DNA of 64,000 nucleotides, taken from positions 32,001-96,000 of the IMG/VR virus record IMGVR_UViG_3300025000_000064. One strand, given 5' to 3'. This DNA comes from a virus. Shown here piece by piece: positions 48,273 through 57,811 of the stretch; position 1 is the stretch's first letter; each line of letters opens with the position of its first letter. The notes beneath the pieces were generated by a model. It did no database searches. It was given only the letters and a program-made list of their open reading frames with translations, and was not told where the DNA came from. The translations under genes and the position numbers were made by a program.

Positions 48273-48603
48273 TTTTAACCTCTAATGTCAATAAATAATC
48301 ATATAATTTTTCATCCGTATCTAACAGCAAATCAGTTCCATCTTCTTCGTAAATGACTTTATTCCATCCACCGTAAATATAATCATAGAATAAATCTGTT
48401 TGAATATCATTCAAACTTTTATCAATAAATATGTCTATTATTGAAAGATAATCTTCTGAAAATTCATCAATATTTATTCCTAATTTATATAATTGGTTTT
48501 CTTTGTTTTTAATATTTTTAAATGTTTTAATAATTTCTAAAAACTTATCTTTATTATTCAGCATTTTTATTATCCTCACATTGACAGAGAGGGAAAAATT
48601 CAC
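48262..48603 (-). CDS. hypothetical protein
   Basis: 113-aa ORF (true start probably downstream). Confidence 0.6.
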   Translation of the reverse strand: MNFSLSVNVRIIKMLNNKDKFLEIIKTFKNIKNKENQLYKLGINIDEFSEDYLSIIDIFIDKSLNDIQTDLFYDYIYGGWNKVIYEEDGTDLLLDTDEKLYDYLLTLEVKNGI

Positions 48604-48964
48604 AACATGAAACTTCGCTTATGTCATCAATATCCTCACAATCCTCTTCAAAGCTTTTTATTGCATTCTCTAGTGCTTCCCTTATTGATTTACCTTCTCC
48701 GAACAAATAATACTCAAACATTTCTTCTTCGTCATCTTCTTCAAATATGTCGTTTCCTATCAAAATATTATAAATTGGAATGACGTTATTATCTTCGTTA
48801 AAAATATTAGAAATTGTAACAGATGTTATTAAACCCTCAATGGCAATATCTTTTAATATTTCCATGGTATCTTCGTTATTGTTTAATTTTTCTTTTACGC
48901 CAGAGATTAGTTCTTCAATATCTAATTCGTAAATTTCGTCTTCATTGTTGTTATCTTCTGTCAT
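48554..48964 (-). CDS. highly acidic hypothetical protein
   Basis: about 41 D/E versus 7 K/R in 136 aa (hand count). Confidence 0.65.
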   Translation of the reverse strand: MTEDNNNEDEIYELDIEELISGVKEKLNNNEDTMEILKDIAIEGLITSVTISNIFNEDNNVIPIYNILIGNDIFEEDDEEEMFEYYLFGEGKSIREALENAIKSFEEDCEDIDDISEVSCCEFFPLCQCEDNKNAE

Positions 48965-49224
48965 ATTATCACCTGCATTTTACTTATTATATCGTCTTTT
49001 AATTTTTCTGCATTTTTAACTTCTGAAAATTTTATATGTTTACATAAATTATTTTTGTATCTTAAGCTAAATAAATATCCACTAAATATTGACGCTCTTT
49101 CTCTGCCTATAGAAATATCTAATATATTATTAATATCTATAGATATTGAACCAGAATCTATTAAATCCGAATAGTAAAATGTTTTAAACATCTTTATTGA
49201 TTCCCAATATGTTATTAACTTCAA
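48961..49224 (-). CDS. hypothetical protein
   Basis: 87-aa ORF. Confidence 0.55.
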   Translation of the reverse strand: MKLITYWESIKMFKTFYYSDLIDSGSISIDINNILDISIGRERASIFSGYLFSLRYKNNLCKHIKFSEVKNAEKLKDDIISKMQVII

Positions 49225-49364
49225 TTAGTGAATTTTTATCTATATTTAGTATAACAGTATTATAGTTTCTTTTCAAGCACTTAGAACATAAGCAATATAT
49301 AGGATATATTGTAGATTTTATTTCTAAGCAATCTTTTTTGATATTGCAACATGCACAATGTTTT

Positions 49365-49625
49365 TTAATCATTATTGTCATCTGATTCGATAAATGGGAT
49401 TTGAACATCAGAACAAAACGCATCAGACATTTCACATGCCAACATATAGGGTAAGTTTAAATGTCTGTCTTCGTCTTTAGAATGCAAATCAGTATATTCA
49501 TCAATTATTCTTATAAAATGTTCTGCTTCTTCTATTGTTTCTAACATTAAATTAATAGGCTGATAGCTAAGAATTTTTTGCAATAATCTCATTTTATTCT
49601 CCATTCTGAGCGTAAATCTCTCCAC
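49365..49625 (-). CDS. hypothetical protein
   Basis: 86-aa ORF. Confidence 0.55.
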   Translation of the reverse strand: MERFTLRMENKMRLLQKILSYQPINLMLETIEEAEHFIRIIDEYTDLHSKDEDRHLNLPYMLACEMSDAFCSDVQIPFIESDDNND

Positions 49626-49653
49626 AAGATAGGCTGTAAAATCATGTTAAATA

Positions 49654-50013
49654 TTATTTAGGTATGTTTATATTACTGACAAATTCAACATCATTATTTT
49701 GTGGTTTGTCATATACTAAAAACTCTGTTAGTACCAACAAGTTCCATATACAAGCTGTCATGTGTGGCAATCCACTTTCTTTATCTATAAACTCACCTTT
49801 GAACCAAGCAAATAGATGCCTAAGCAGTGCTTTTCTATATCTACTAACTGGATTTTTTACTTTTGACCAATTCATGATTTCTACAGATTCGTTATATTTT
49901 TCTGCTCCATAATTGCACCATCTTGCAACACCTTCTAGGGAATTGGGGAAATGAAGCATCAATATCTCTAAATTAAGTTTTCCATCGTCTGCCTTTATGC
50001 CTTCCTTATTCAT
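49654..50013 (-). CDS. dATP/dGTP diphosphohydrolase domain protein (DUF5664-like)
   Basis: GIKADDGK, YGAEKY...NW, YRKALLRHLFAW..GE..D.ESGLPH. Confidence 0.8.
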   Translation of the reverse strand: MNKEGIKADDGKLNLEILMLHFPNSLEGVARWCNYGAEKYNESVEIMNWSKVKNPVSRYRKALLRHLFAWFKGEFIDKESGLPHMTACIWNLLVLTEFLVYDKPQNNDVEFVSNINIPK

Positions 50014-50021
50014 TATAACCC

Positions 50022-50252
50022 CTATAATCCCAACTTCTCATTAACAAATGGAACTAATACAGCCATCATTTTGCTTTTTATTTCTTGAGATTGAATCACT
50101 TCTGTTGTTAGACCTTTAATTCTACCTTTGAATGATTCTTCAAACAGTTTAATCAAGAACTCATCATCTTCTAATACGGAATCAACATATTTAATGTACT
50201 TTTTATCTAGTAATTCATTTTGCTGTTTTGTTAATTGTAAACTAATATACAT
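50022..50252 (-). CDS. hypothetical protein
   Basis: 76-aa ORF. Confidence 0.55.
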   Translation of the reverse strand: MYISLQLTKQQNELLDKKYIKYVDSVLEDDEFLIKLFEESFKGRIKGLTTEVIQSQEIKSKMMAVLVPFVNEKLGL

Positions 50253-50253
50253 A

Positions 50254-50619
50254 TTATTCTCCTTCTTTATTCTCTTTTATTTCTTTAATTTGTTTTTCTA
50301 AATAAGTGTTGGTAAGAGACATTATATTGTCTGGTAATTTATTTAATTCTTTATTCTGAGCTACTTGAGACACGCCATTTTTTAAATAAGGATAAGCCCA
50401 AATAAGAGCCAAATCTTGTTTACTTGGAATAAATATAGTCATAAACAGAAAGAAAAAAGCCACTATCCAAGTACATAGCCACCATTTTGAAATTTCATTA
50501 GAAAAAGCTCCAATGGTTAAACAAATACTGCCTATTCCTAAAACAATAGAACTTACTCCAAATGCGATAGATGCATTCTCGCTAATTGACCATAAGTAAA
50601 TAATTAATTGTTCATTCAT
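50254..50619 (-). CDS. hypothetical membrane protein
   Basis: two hydrophobic segments; IFIPSKQDL. Confidence 0.65.
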   Translation of the reverse strand: MNEQLIIYLWSISENASIAFGVSSIVLGIGSICLTIGAFSNEISKWWLCTWIVAFFFLFMTIFIPSKQDLALIWAYPYLKNGVSQVAQNKELNKLPDNIMSLTNTYLEKQIKEIKENKEGE

Positions 50620-50757
50620 TATACATTATCCTTTCAAAAAGTGTTATATTGTATCGTTTATTCAAGCCTATTTGTGTAAAATTATGTAATTTATGATGCC
50701 TATTTGTGTTATATTAATCATCTATCACTGCAATTTGTTATTCGCATATATTTCTCC

Positions 50758-51393
50758 TTATAATTTTAAATTAGCTAATAAACTACTCTCACAAATGTTA
50801 TCGTTTATAACCCTGCAACCTTTAGGAATCCAAAATTTATCTATGTCTTTTATTAATTCTCCAGATATTCTTATGCTCTCGCTTTTAACAAATTTCTTTC
50901 TATCTGAACTGCTTAGTTTCTTTGGTGTTTCCTTGTAGTCATAATGCTTTCTCCATTCTTGAATTGGAATCACTTTATATTTTATTCCAACAATATCTAA
51001 ACATGTTTGGCATATTCCAAAATATTCAGCAAGCTTCATGAAACTCTTAACACTTGAAGCATCGTTGGTCTGATAAATTAATCCTTCAATATAACATATT
51101 GTAATTGATTCCTTATATTTTGTCAACCACTCCAAAACTCTTGAAATATCTTTTGGGTCAGAATCATTCAAACTTATGATTCTTCTTTTTAATATCTTTA
51201 TTTTTTCTTCTGTTTTGCCCTTTTGTCCTTTGATGCACAAAAATGGTTCAAGTTCTTTTATCTCTTTGTTTATTATTTTTATTTCTTCCTTGTACATATT
51301 TAAAGGTTGTGGGACTTTGCATAAATCTATCACTTTATCATTATCTGACAAAACAAAATATCCTATTGACGAATTGTCCAATCCTAACTGCAT
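50758..51393 (-). CDS. RuvC-like Holliday junction resolvase
   Basis: LGLDNS, CYIEG, VIPIQEWRK, NICESSLLA. Confidence 0.7.
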   Translation of the reverse strand: MQLGLDNSSIGYFVLSDNDKVIDLCKVPQPLNMYKEEIKIINKEIKELEPFLCIKGQKGKTEEKIKILKRRIISLNDSDPKDISRVLEWLTKYKESITICYIEGLIYQTNDASSVKSFMKLAEYFGICQTCLDIVGIKYKVIPIQEWRKHYDYKETPKKLSSSDRKKFVKSESIRISGELIKDIDKFWIPKGCRVINDNICESSLLANLKL

Positions 51394-51518
51394 TAATCAT
51401 CATCCTCCTCCTCATAATATATTTCGTTCTCTTCGTCATAATCTGATTCGTTTTCAAAGCCATAAATATAATCACTTGGAACACTATAATCTTCGTATAA
51501 AATCCATTTATCCATCAT
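51393..51518 (-). CDS. acidic 41-aa microprotein
   Basis: hand-translated MMDKWILYEDYSVPSDYIYGFENESDYDEENEIYYEEEDDD; coupled at both ends. Confidence 0.55.
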   Translation of the reverse strand: MMDKWILYEDYSVPSDYIYGFENESDYDEENEIYYEEEDDD

Positions 51519-51589
51519 TCAGCTCCATATTTAGATTCTAAAAAATTAACTCCAGTGAAAATCATTTGTTGCGGTTTTCTTTTTTTTTC
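51515..51589 (-). pseudogene. orphaned duplicate of the dnaB 3' end
   Basis: EKKRKPQQMIFTGVNFLESKYGAE* aligns 10/20 identical with the DnaB C-terminus EQRDPLSMLFNGTNFHESKF. Confidence 0.7.
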
Positions 51590-52300
51590 TTAAATTAATA
51601 ATTCAAACCTCCATCCTTTGTGAGAGTTATGTCCGATTCTTTTATTTATACATTTATTCATATGTGAACAATTTAGATTATGAACTTTTGAAAATTTAGA
51701 ACAATTATTATCAATGTATTCTACTCCCTCTGGCGATATTGCTTTAAATAATTTTTGTGACGGTAGGTCTCTTCTATTGTTCATCTGTTCTGAATTTGTT
51801 GCCCATCTACAATTATCTTTACAATAATTTCCATCAACATCTATTCTGTCTATGCTTGTATTCTTTTTTCCGTATTCTTCAACATGGTCAAGATAAGACT
51901 TATACATATCGTCTCTAAAATTCTCAAAGGATTCTAGCCATCTATCGCAAACAGTAATTCCCCTTCCTCCATAGTCATTATAGTTACAAATGTTATTGTT
52001 GTAACATCTTTCTTTTATGTGACACCACGCTTTATAAATTTTACTATTAGACATATTGTGTTTTTTAAACATATTAGAAGTTTTTTCTCTTCTGAGGCAT
52101 CCGCAAGATTTAGTTGTTCCAGTAGTTAATGCAGAACCTCTAACATATACTGGCTCAATATTGCCACAATCACATTTGCATTCCCAAACCCATTCATTCT
52201 GATTATTTTTACCATACTCTTTTATGACTTTAAGCCTATTGAATTTTTTATCTTTTAGGTCTCTAAAATTATGTGCCTTATTGGTAATTATATTGTTCAT
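51590..52300 (-). CDS. free-standing HNH homing endonuclease
   Basis: WECKCDCG, TKSCGC, KERCYN, YGGRGITVCDRW, SIDRIDVDGNYCKDNCRWAT; start moved to MNNII. Confidence 0.9.
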   Translation of the reverse strand: MNNIITNKAHNFRDLKDKKFNRLKVIKEYGKNNQNEWVWECKCDCGNIEPVYVRGSALTTGTTKSCGCLRREKTSNMFKKHNMSNSKIYKAWCHIKERCYNNNICNYNDYGGRGITVCDRWLESFENFRDDMYKSYLDHVEEYGKKNTSIDRIDVDGNYCKDNCRWATNSEQMNNRRDLPSQKLFKAISPEGVEYIDNNCSKFSKVHNLNCSHMNKCINKRIGHNSHKGWRFELLI

Positions 52301-52301
52301 A

Positions 52302-53714
52302 TTAAAACTTACTCTCATGAAAATTTGTGCCATTAAAAAGCATACTCAGCGGGTCTCTTTGTTCTCCGTCTCTTATCTTTTCAAATATTATTTCGCAAAC
52401 ATCTTTTAAGTCTGGTCTTTTAATTATTAAATCATTATAAATTGACGGTCTGTACAATAACATCACAGCGTCACAGTTTTCTATTATTCCACCCCATTTT
52501 AAATTGAATTCGCTTGGTCTTCTGTCCTCTGATTCTTTAATAGAATTATTCATTTGATGTAATGGAACAATTGGAACATTTAAGTCTTTTGCTAAAGCTT
52601 TTAATCTCATATAAATTTCTGGGACTCTTTGTATGTCATTAGCTCCAGCAACCCTAACTATATTGGTATGGTCTACAAATATAGAGTCTATTTTCCCATA
52701 TTGTAGTTTGGTTTTTTTAGCTTTGGCTATCAAAGATGATAGTTCTATACATGGGGATTCGTCAATTAGAATATTTAGCCCTTTAACTAACTCTGAATGA
52801 TATTTAATATCATTTAAAAACTTATATATATTTTCCGTTGTTTGCTCTATGCCATTTTCAATAAAATAAAGTTTTGGCTGAATAATATATTTTCTTGATA
52901 TATTCATTGATTGTGAAATCAAATATATGTCCATTTTTTGCTTTGTTTCTTCTGAAGAAAAACACAGAACTGGAGAATCTTCTATTTTTTTTAAATTATT
53001 CTCTTTCGCCCTATATAGCATACATTGTCTTTGCCAAGTGCTTTTACCAGACCTGCTTGGTCCTGTAAAATTATAAACACAACCAGGGTGTAATCCATCC
53101 AATGCTATATCTATAGCATGCCATCCTGTTTTCTTTCCACTTACTTCTATTGTGTCAATATTTAGTTTATAATTTATATCTGTTAATAGCTGTTTTGTAT
53201 CCAGCCCTATTTTTTGAATAGTATTGTTTTTGTTTTCTGTGATGCTTGAAATTTCCAGTGCTGTATTTTGAGATATTTCGTCCACTAAAGATTCGTCATT
53301 ACAGACATAAATTTTTTCAATAGCTTCTTTATGCTTATTAATCCCATACCTTATTTTATATCTTTTCTTTATATGTTTTGCATATTCTGCTATTTTTATA
53401 GCTGTCACTTCTGCATTTTTTAATGTATTGTATACATATTCTTTTATGTCTCCAGTTGATATATTGGGAGTCTTGGCTAAAAATCCTTCCTGTTCCAATT
53501 TGTCAAATAGTATAATTTCATCAAACATACATTTATTTTCAAACAAAGAAATCATGCAATGATATATATTAGAATTAACATTTGACTCAAACATATCTAC
53601 CGAAATAATATCTATAATATCAAGTATTGCATCATTTCTGCACAATATAGAAGCTAAAAATCTTTCTTCTAAATGAGATGACTTCCAGTTATTTATATAA
53701 TCATGGTTTTTCAT
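52302..53714 (-). CDS. dnaB: replicative DNA helicase (DnaB-like)
   Basis: N-terminal EERFLASIL, Walker A GPSRSGKST, FSSEE, FVDH, LKALAKDLNVPIV.LHQ, DAVMLLYR. Confidence 0.9.
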   Translation of the reverse strand: MKNHDYINNWKSSHLEERFLASILCRNDAILDIIDIISVDMFESNVNSNIYHCMISLFENKCMFDEIILFDKLEQEGFLAKTPNISTGDIKEYVYNTLKNAEVTAIKIAEYAKHIKKRYKIRYGINKHKEAIEKIYVCNDESLVDEISQNTALEISSITENKNNTIQKIGLDTKQLLTDINYKLNIDTIEVSGKKTGWHAIDIALDGLHPGCVYNFTGPSRSGKSTWQRQCMLYRAKENNLKKIEDSPVLCFSSEETKQKMDIYLISQSMNISRKYIIQPKLYFIENGIEQTTENIYKFLNDIKYHSELVKGLNILIDESPCIELSSLIAKAKKTKLQYGKIDSIFVDHTNIVRVAGANDIQRVPEIYMRLKALAKDLNVPIVPLHQMNNSIKESEDRRPSEFNLKWGGIIENCDAVMLLYRPSIYNDLIIKRPDLKDVCEIIFEKIRDGEQRDPLSMLFNGTNFHESKF

Positions 53715-54491
53715 TTAATAATTTTTCCATAAACTTTCAACTGCATTAGAACCACTATTGGGAGATTTAAAATCAATTCTATTATATTTTAAGGATAACT
53801 CATCATATATTTTATGATTATAGCCACTTAATAAGAATTTCCCTTTTAAATTTAATAATATATTAACTAATTTATAATGCTCTTCATCTGTCATTTCTAC
53901 TTCGTAATTTTGATTACTTTTTCTTGTACTGCGAACATAAGGAGGGTCTAAATAAAAGAAAACATCTTCTCTGTCATACTTATCTATCAAATCAAAAATA
54001 TTTAAATTGTCAATCAAAACAGTAGATAATCTTTCATGGAAAGACGGCAATGCTTCTATTGATGATAAATAATCACTTGTGGAACGACACATTTTTCTTC
54101 TGACTAATAGTGTTCTACTAAAGCCACCAACTCCATTAAAAGAACTCCTTGATACATAGAAAAAATAATATGCTCTATCTTCAATAGATAAATCGTTTCT
54201 TTTTAATAATTCTTTAAATTCTTCCCTTATTGTTTTTGAATAATAAGTTAACTCTAACCTATGTTTTAAATTTTTAAATTTATTTTTATTTGATAATACT
54301 TTAAATAAACTATAAACATTATTGCCTAAATCGTTATATATTTCTATGCCAGATTGTTCTTTTTTAAATAAAACAGAAGCTCCTCCGCCAAAACCTTCAA
54401 TATATGTGATGAATTCTTTTGGAAAATTATTTATTATAATATCTGACATAAAATTTTTCCCGCCATAATATTTTATAAGTTTAGAAACCAT
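53715..54491 (-). CDS. dam: DNA adenine methyltransferase (Dam/D12 class)
   Basis: KYYGGK, YIEGFGGGASV, YNDL, YLDPPY, LSGY; start moved to MVSKL. Confidence 0.85.
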   Translation of the reverse strand: MVSKLIKYYGGKNFMSDIIINNFPKEFITYIEGFGGGASVLFKKEQSGIEIYNDLGNNVYSLFKVLSNKNKFKNLKHRLELTYYSKTIREEFKELLKRNDLSIEDRAYYFFYVSRSSFNGVGGFSRTLLVRRKMCRSTSDYLSSIEALPSFHERLSTVLIDNLNIFDLIDKYDREDVFFYLDPPYVRSTRKSNQNYEVEMTDEEHYKLVNILLNLKGKFLLSGYNHKIYDELSLKYNRIDFKSPNSGSNAVESLWKNY

Positions 54492-54581
54492 TTTGTTATT
54501 TCCTATAATAAAATAAAAAGGGATATACAATTGGCGAGCATATCCCCATAACTAAAGGAGAAAGTCAATATATTGCCAATA

Positions 54582-55109
54582 TTATTTCTTTGTTTTTGTT
54601 TTCTTCTCTGTTGTTACCTCTTCTTTAACATCTGGAGCTTGATAGAGTTTAAATTGTCTTCCCAAAGTTGCAGCGATTCTGTTTTTAATATGTATCATAT
54701 CTTCTTTCGCAATATCTGATTCATTAACCAGTACATAATTATCAATTGCATCAGAAACAAAGTCTATTGTTTTAAACTCGGATAAAATAAACTCTAAGGC
54801 TAACTCTTGTGTTATCTCTGTTCTTGAATCGTTCTTTAATCTTTTAATTGTTTTCTTTCTGTTATTTCTTAGCTTATTAAAGTTTGGTTTATCTTCTGGG
54901 TTGGGAATTAAATTCCACCACTTGCCATTTTTAACAACATTTATTTCGTCTCCAACATCTTTTTTAGAGAATAGATAATCAACATTCGCATCTTGGAATA
55001 TCATTATTGGCTCAGATGTTAATTCCATATCATCTACCCAAATTAAAGCATATTCGTTACCATTTTGGGATTCATCAAAAAATAACTCTTTTATTTGCAT
55101 TATTCCCAT
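54582..55109 (-). CDS. hypothetical protein
   Basis: 175-aa ORF in the replication cluster. Confidence 0.65.
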   Translation of the reverse strand: MGIMQIKELFFDESQNGNEYALIWVDDMELTSEPIMIFQDANVDYLFSKKDVGDEINVVKNGKWWNLIPNPEDKPNFNKLRNNRKKTIKRLKNDSRTEITQELALEFILSEFKTIDFVSDAIDNYVLVNESDIAKEDMIHIKNRIAATLGRQFKLYQAPDVKEEVTTEKKTKTKK

Positions 55110-55996
55110 CCTTCGTTGCTTGCCAACATATTGTCAATATCTGATTGAGATATTTGTGATGATGTTGCATTACTTGGAGCAGATGTTGCTTGTTGCTTTA
55201 CTTCTTCCTGTTTTGGCTTGATTGCTTTTCCTTGCATTGTTGGTATTTCAATGTTTGATAAATCAATAACTTTCTCTGGGTCAATGCCAAAATCACTATT
55301 TCCACCAAAATTATTATTTGATTTTTGGACAATCTCAATTGAAATAATTTTACATCTCAAGAATAATTTACTTTCTTCGCCTTCTTTTCTTGATGGAGAA
55401 CATATAATATCTGTATCAATATTTACAATATCTCCAGTGCTTACCCACAAAGGAACAGTTGTTCCATCTTTTTTAACAATCTCTGTCTGTTTGACTCCAT
55501 CAACAACTTGATATATGTCAATCTTGTCTTCGAGAGTATAAATAGCATTTAGTTTGTATCCTGTTTCCAATAAATCTGTTACTGCTTGTTTTTGTACTGT
55601 GTCAGTTCCTTGAATAGCAGAAGCTTCTTTAAATAATTTCATTCTTCCTGTTTGTTTTACAATTTTACCATTTTCTTCAATTTCTTCTTCTTTCACCATA
55701 AAGGCTTTAGAGTCTTTATATGGGAATGTTAATGTTAAATGGTTCTTTGATTTCTTTGATTCTTTCAACGGAGAAACAACAGATTGAGGAGCAATACCAT
55801 TTTTTGCTTCATATGCTGATTCAACTGCTGACTTAAGTGCTTTAAAAACTTCATTAACATAAACAGCTTGAGGAGTTCCTTTTTCAAATAAAACAGATAA
55901 AGATTTTCCGTTAATTTTCGGGAAAGCCTTCAAAGAAACTCTTGTGTTTAAATTACAGAACCCAACTTCCAAATTTTCAAATTTTACTCTTTTCAA
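55100..55996 (-). CDS. putative single-stranded DNA-binding protein
   Basis: position in the replication cluster, beta-rich core, low-complexity linker and acidic/aromatic C-terminus (NEGWE); inference. Confidence 0.4.
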   Translation of the reverse strand: MKRVKFENLEVGFCNLNTRVSLKAFPKINGKSLSVLFEKGTPQAVYVNEVFKALKSAVESAYEAKNGIAPQSVVSPLKESKKSKNHLTLTFPYKDSKAFMVKEEEIEENGKIVKQTGRMKLFKEASAIQGTDTVQKQAVTDLLETGYKLNAIYTLEDKIDIYQVVDGVKQTEIVKKDGTTVPLWVSTGDIVNIDTDIICSPSRKEGEESKLFLRCKIISIEIVQKSNNNFGGNSDFGIDPEKVIDLSNIEIPTMQGKAIKPKQEEVKQQATSAPSNATSSQISQSDIDNMLASNEGWE

Positions 55997-56038
55997 AATT
56001 TACCTCTTTTTTCTAAACTTACTAAACTCGATATATTA

Positions 56039-56067
56039 AACTTACCACTTGGATTTATTTTTGTCAA
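56039..56067 (-). promoter_or_regulatory. sigma70/sigmaA-type promoter
   Basis: TTGACA-N17-TAAGTT with TG. Confidence 0.6.
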
Positions 56068-56127
56068 TATATGTTATTTTCCAGTCATTTGTTATAAAAA
56101 TCTCAACAAAATATATCAACTATTTTT

Positions 56128-56156
56128 AGTATAGCATTATGGTTTTTATTTGTCAA
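56128..56156 (-). promoter_or_regulatory. sigma70/sigmaA-type promoter
   Basis: TTGACA-N17-TATACT with TG. Confidence 0.75.
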
Positions 56157-56230
56157 CATATTAAAAATATCATCAATAAAATAGCCAATAATATATATTA
56201 TACTTATAAGAATTATTCTAAGCGGTTAGT

Positions 56231-56597
56231 CTAATTAGAATAACACTAATTTAGAATAAAATATATAGATTAATACTTAACTTACAACATAACTTAATAC
56301 ATAGAATAATACTTAACTATATTCTTAACTAAATAATAACTTAATATTTAACTATATTCTAATTAACTTACTACATATTAACTTACTTCTATTAACTGAC
56401 TACAATTTAACTTACTTCAATTAACTTATATCTAATTAGAATATTACAATATAACTTAATACATATTAACTAAATACAATAACTTATTACTTAACTTACT
56501 ACTAACTAAATACTTATTAGACTAATATATTAACTTAATACTAATTAGAATAATACTATATAGTATTATATATAAATGTTACCTATACAGGTAACAT
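56231..56597. repeat. AT-rich repeat tract, candidate replication origin
   Basis: 17 TAACT copies (56278-56535), 3 CTAATTAGAAT, a 20-bp palindrome (56550-56569) and a hairpin (56576-56597). Confidence 0.75.
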
Positions 56598-56790
56598 ATA
56601 ATTATAGCATGTTTTTAGAAAAAGTTCCTAAAATTTTATTTATTTTAAAATAATCAAATTAACCCAATCCAAAAATAATTAAAATATGAGAATATTCCAA
56701 GGAGCGTAGCCCTCTTACTTAAAATTAGTAAGGGTTATGGAGGATAGTTGTTGTAACAATTATTAGTATAACAATTTAATTAAATATATA

Positions 56791-56819
56791 TTGACAAAGA
56801 TTATGCGATGATATATACT
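56791..56819 (+). promoter_or_regulatory. sigma70/sigmaA-type promoter
   Basis: TTGACA-N17-TATACT. Confidence 0.8.
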
Positions 56820-56844
56820 TAAAATATAGTGAGTTGAGGTAAAT

Positions 56845-57417
56845 ATGATAATAACAATTGCAGGACCAGTCCATTCAGACAAGACAAGTATAATATGCGA
56901 GAGAATAAACGACTATCTTTGTTCTGGGCATGATGTTAAACTTTTTTATCCAATCTTCTTAGAAAAAGAAGAAAAATATGTTATCAAGGGCAATGATTAT
57001 AAAACAAAGATTATTCCAATATCTGACTTAAAAGATATATTATCTCACATAACAAATTCAAATAAATTAATCATATTTATTGATGAATTTCAATTCTTTG
57101 ATATAAAAAATTCTGATTATATCTTACAGGAATTGAGCGAAAGAGATGTCGAAGTTATAATATCTGGATTGGATATTAATTATTATGGAACAACATTTGC
57201 AAATATGGAATTGGCTTTATCCTATTCTGACAAAGTTATAAAATTGAAAAATAACTGTGAAATATGTTCTTCAACAGAAGGCAGAAGAAGCATAAAATAT
57301 GTTGATGGCAAGCCCCAATTTGATGGAGATTTAATATCTTTGGAATCTGATAATGTTTCGTATATTTGTGCATGCAAAAGATGCTTTTATGAGAAATTAA
57401 ATGATGAACAAATATAA
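56845..57417 (+). CDS. tdk: thymidine kinase (TK1 type, degenerate P-loop)
   Basis: GPVHSDKTS, FIDEFQF, SGLD, CEIC...Y...CKRCF. Confidence 0.85.
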   Translation: MIITIAGPVHSDKTSIICERINDYLCSGHDVKLFYPIFLEKEEKYVIKGNDYKTKIIPISDLKDILSHITNSNKLIIFIDEFQFFDIKNSDYILQELSERDVEVIISGLDINYYGTTFANMELALSYSDKVIKLKNNCEICSSTEGRRSIKYVDGKPQFDGDLISLESDNVSYICACKRCFYEKLNDEQI

Positions 57418-57811
57418 CAATACAATTTATAACGATTGCTTATTTGTTAAAGATGAGTTAATATATATCAATGAACAGCTTGATTCTTATGAAATATATT
57501 GCGATAATCAAACAGAATTCTTTAAACATAATTTAAGAAGATTTGAGACCTCTTTTATCAGTAAAATAAGATATGAAATATGCGAAGATATTAATTATTT
57601 ATATCGTTTTGAGAAACAATTAATTTATTGGATTTCTTACTTTGATTTCTTAAAACAACAAGACCAAGAAACAATTGATTCAAGTATATATATGATTTTA
57701 TTTGGAAATTATATAAATTTAAACGAAGCTCTTAAAAAGACAAATCAATATCTTGTTCAAGTTAAAGAAATATTAAACATCTTAAACGAGTATCTAAAAT
57801 ATAAAATATAG
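57401..57811 (+). CDS. hypothetical protein
   Basis: 136-aa ORF. Confidence 0.6.
   Translation: MMNKYNNTIYNDCLFVKDELIYINEQLDSYEIYCDNQTEFFKHNLRRFETSFISKIRYEICEDINYLYRFEKQLIYWISYFDFLKQQDQETIDSSIYMILFGNYINLNEALKKTNQYLVQVKEILNILNEYLKYKI

Noticed and set aside
49654-50013. 2-aminoadenine (Z) genome system suggested by the DUF5664-like gene
   Set aside because: No purZ or datZ is recognisable in the window, and this domain is common in phages without Z-DNA.
51515-52333. Group I intron in dnaB carrying the HNH gene
   Set aside because: The HNH ORF fills the interval with no space for a ribozyme core, and dnaB already has a complete C-terminus.
56231-56597. CRISPR array or coding repeat
   Set aside because: Units are 5-11 nt with irregular short spacing, and the ORF track shows no ORF here.
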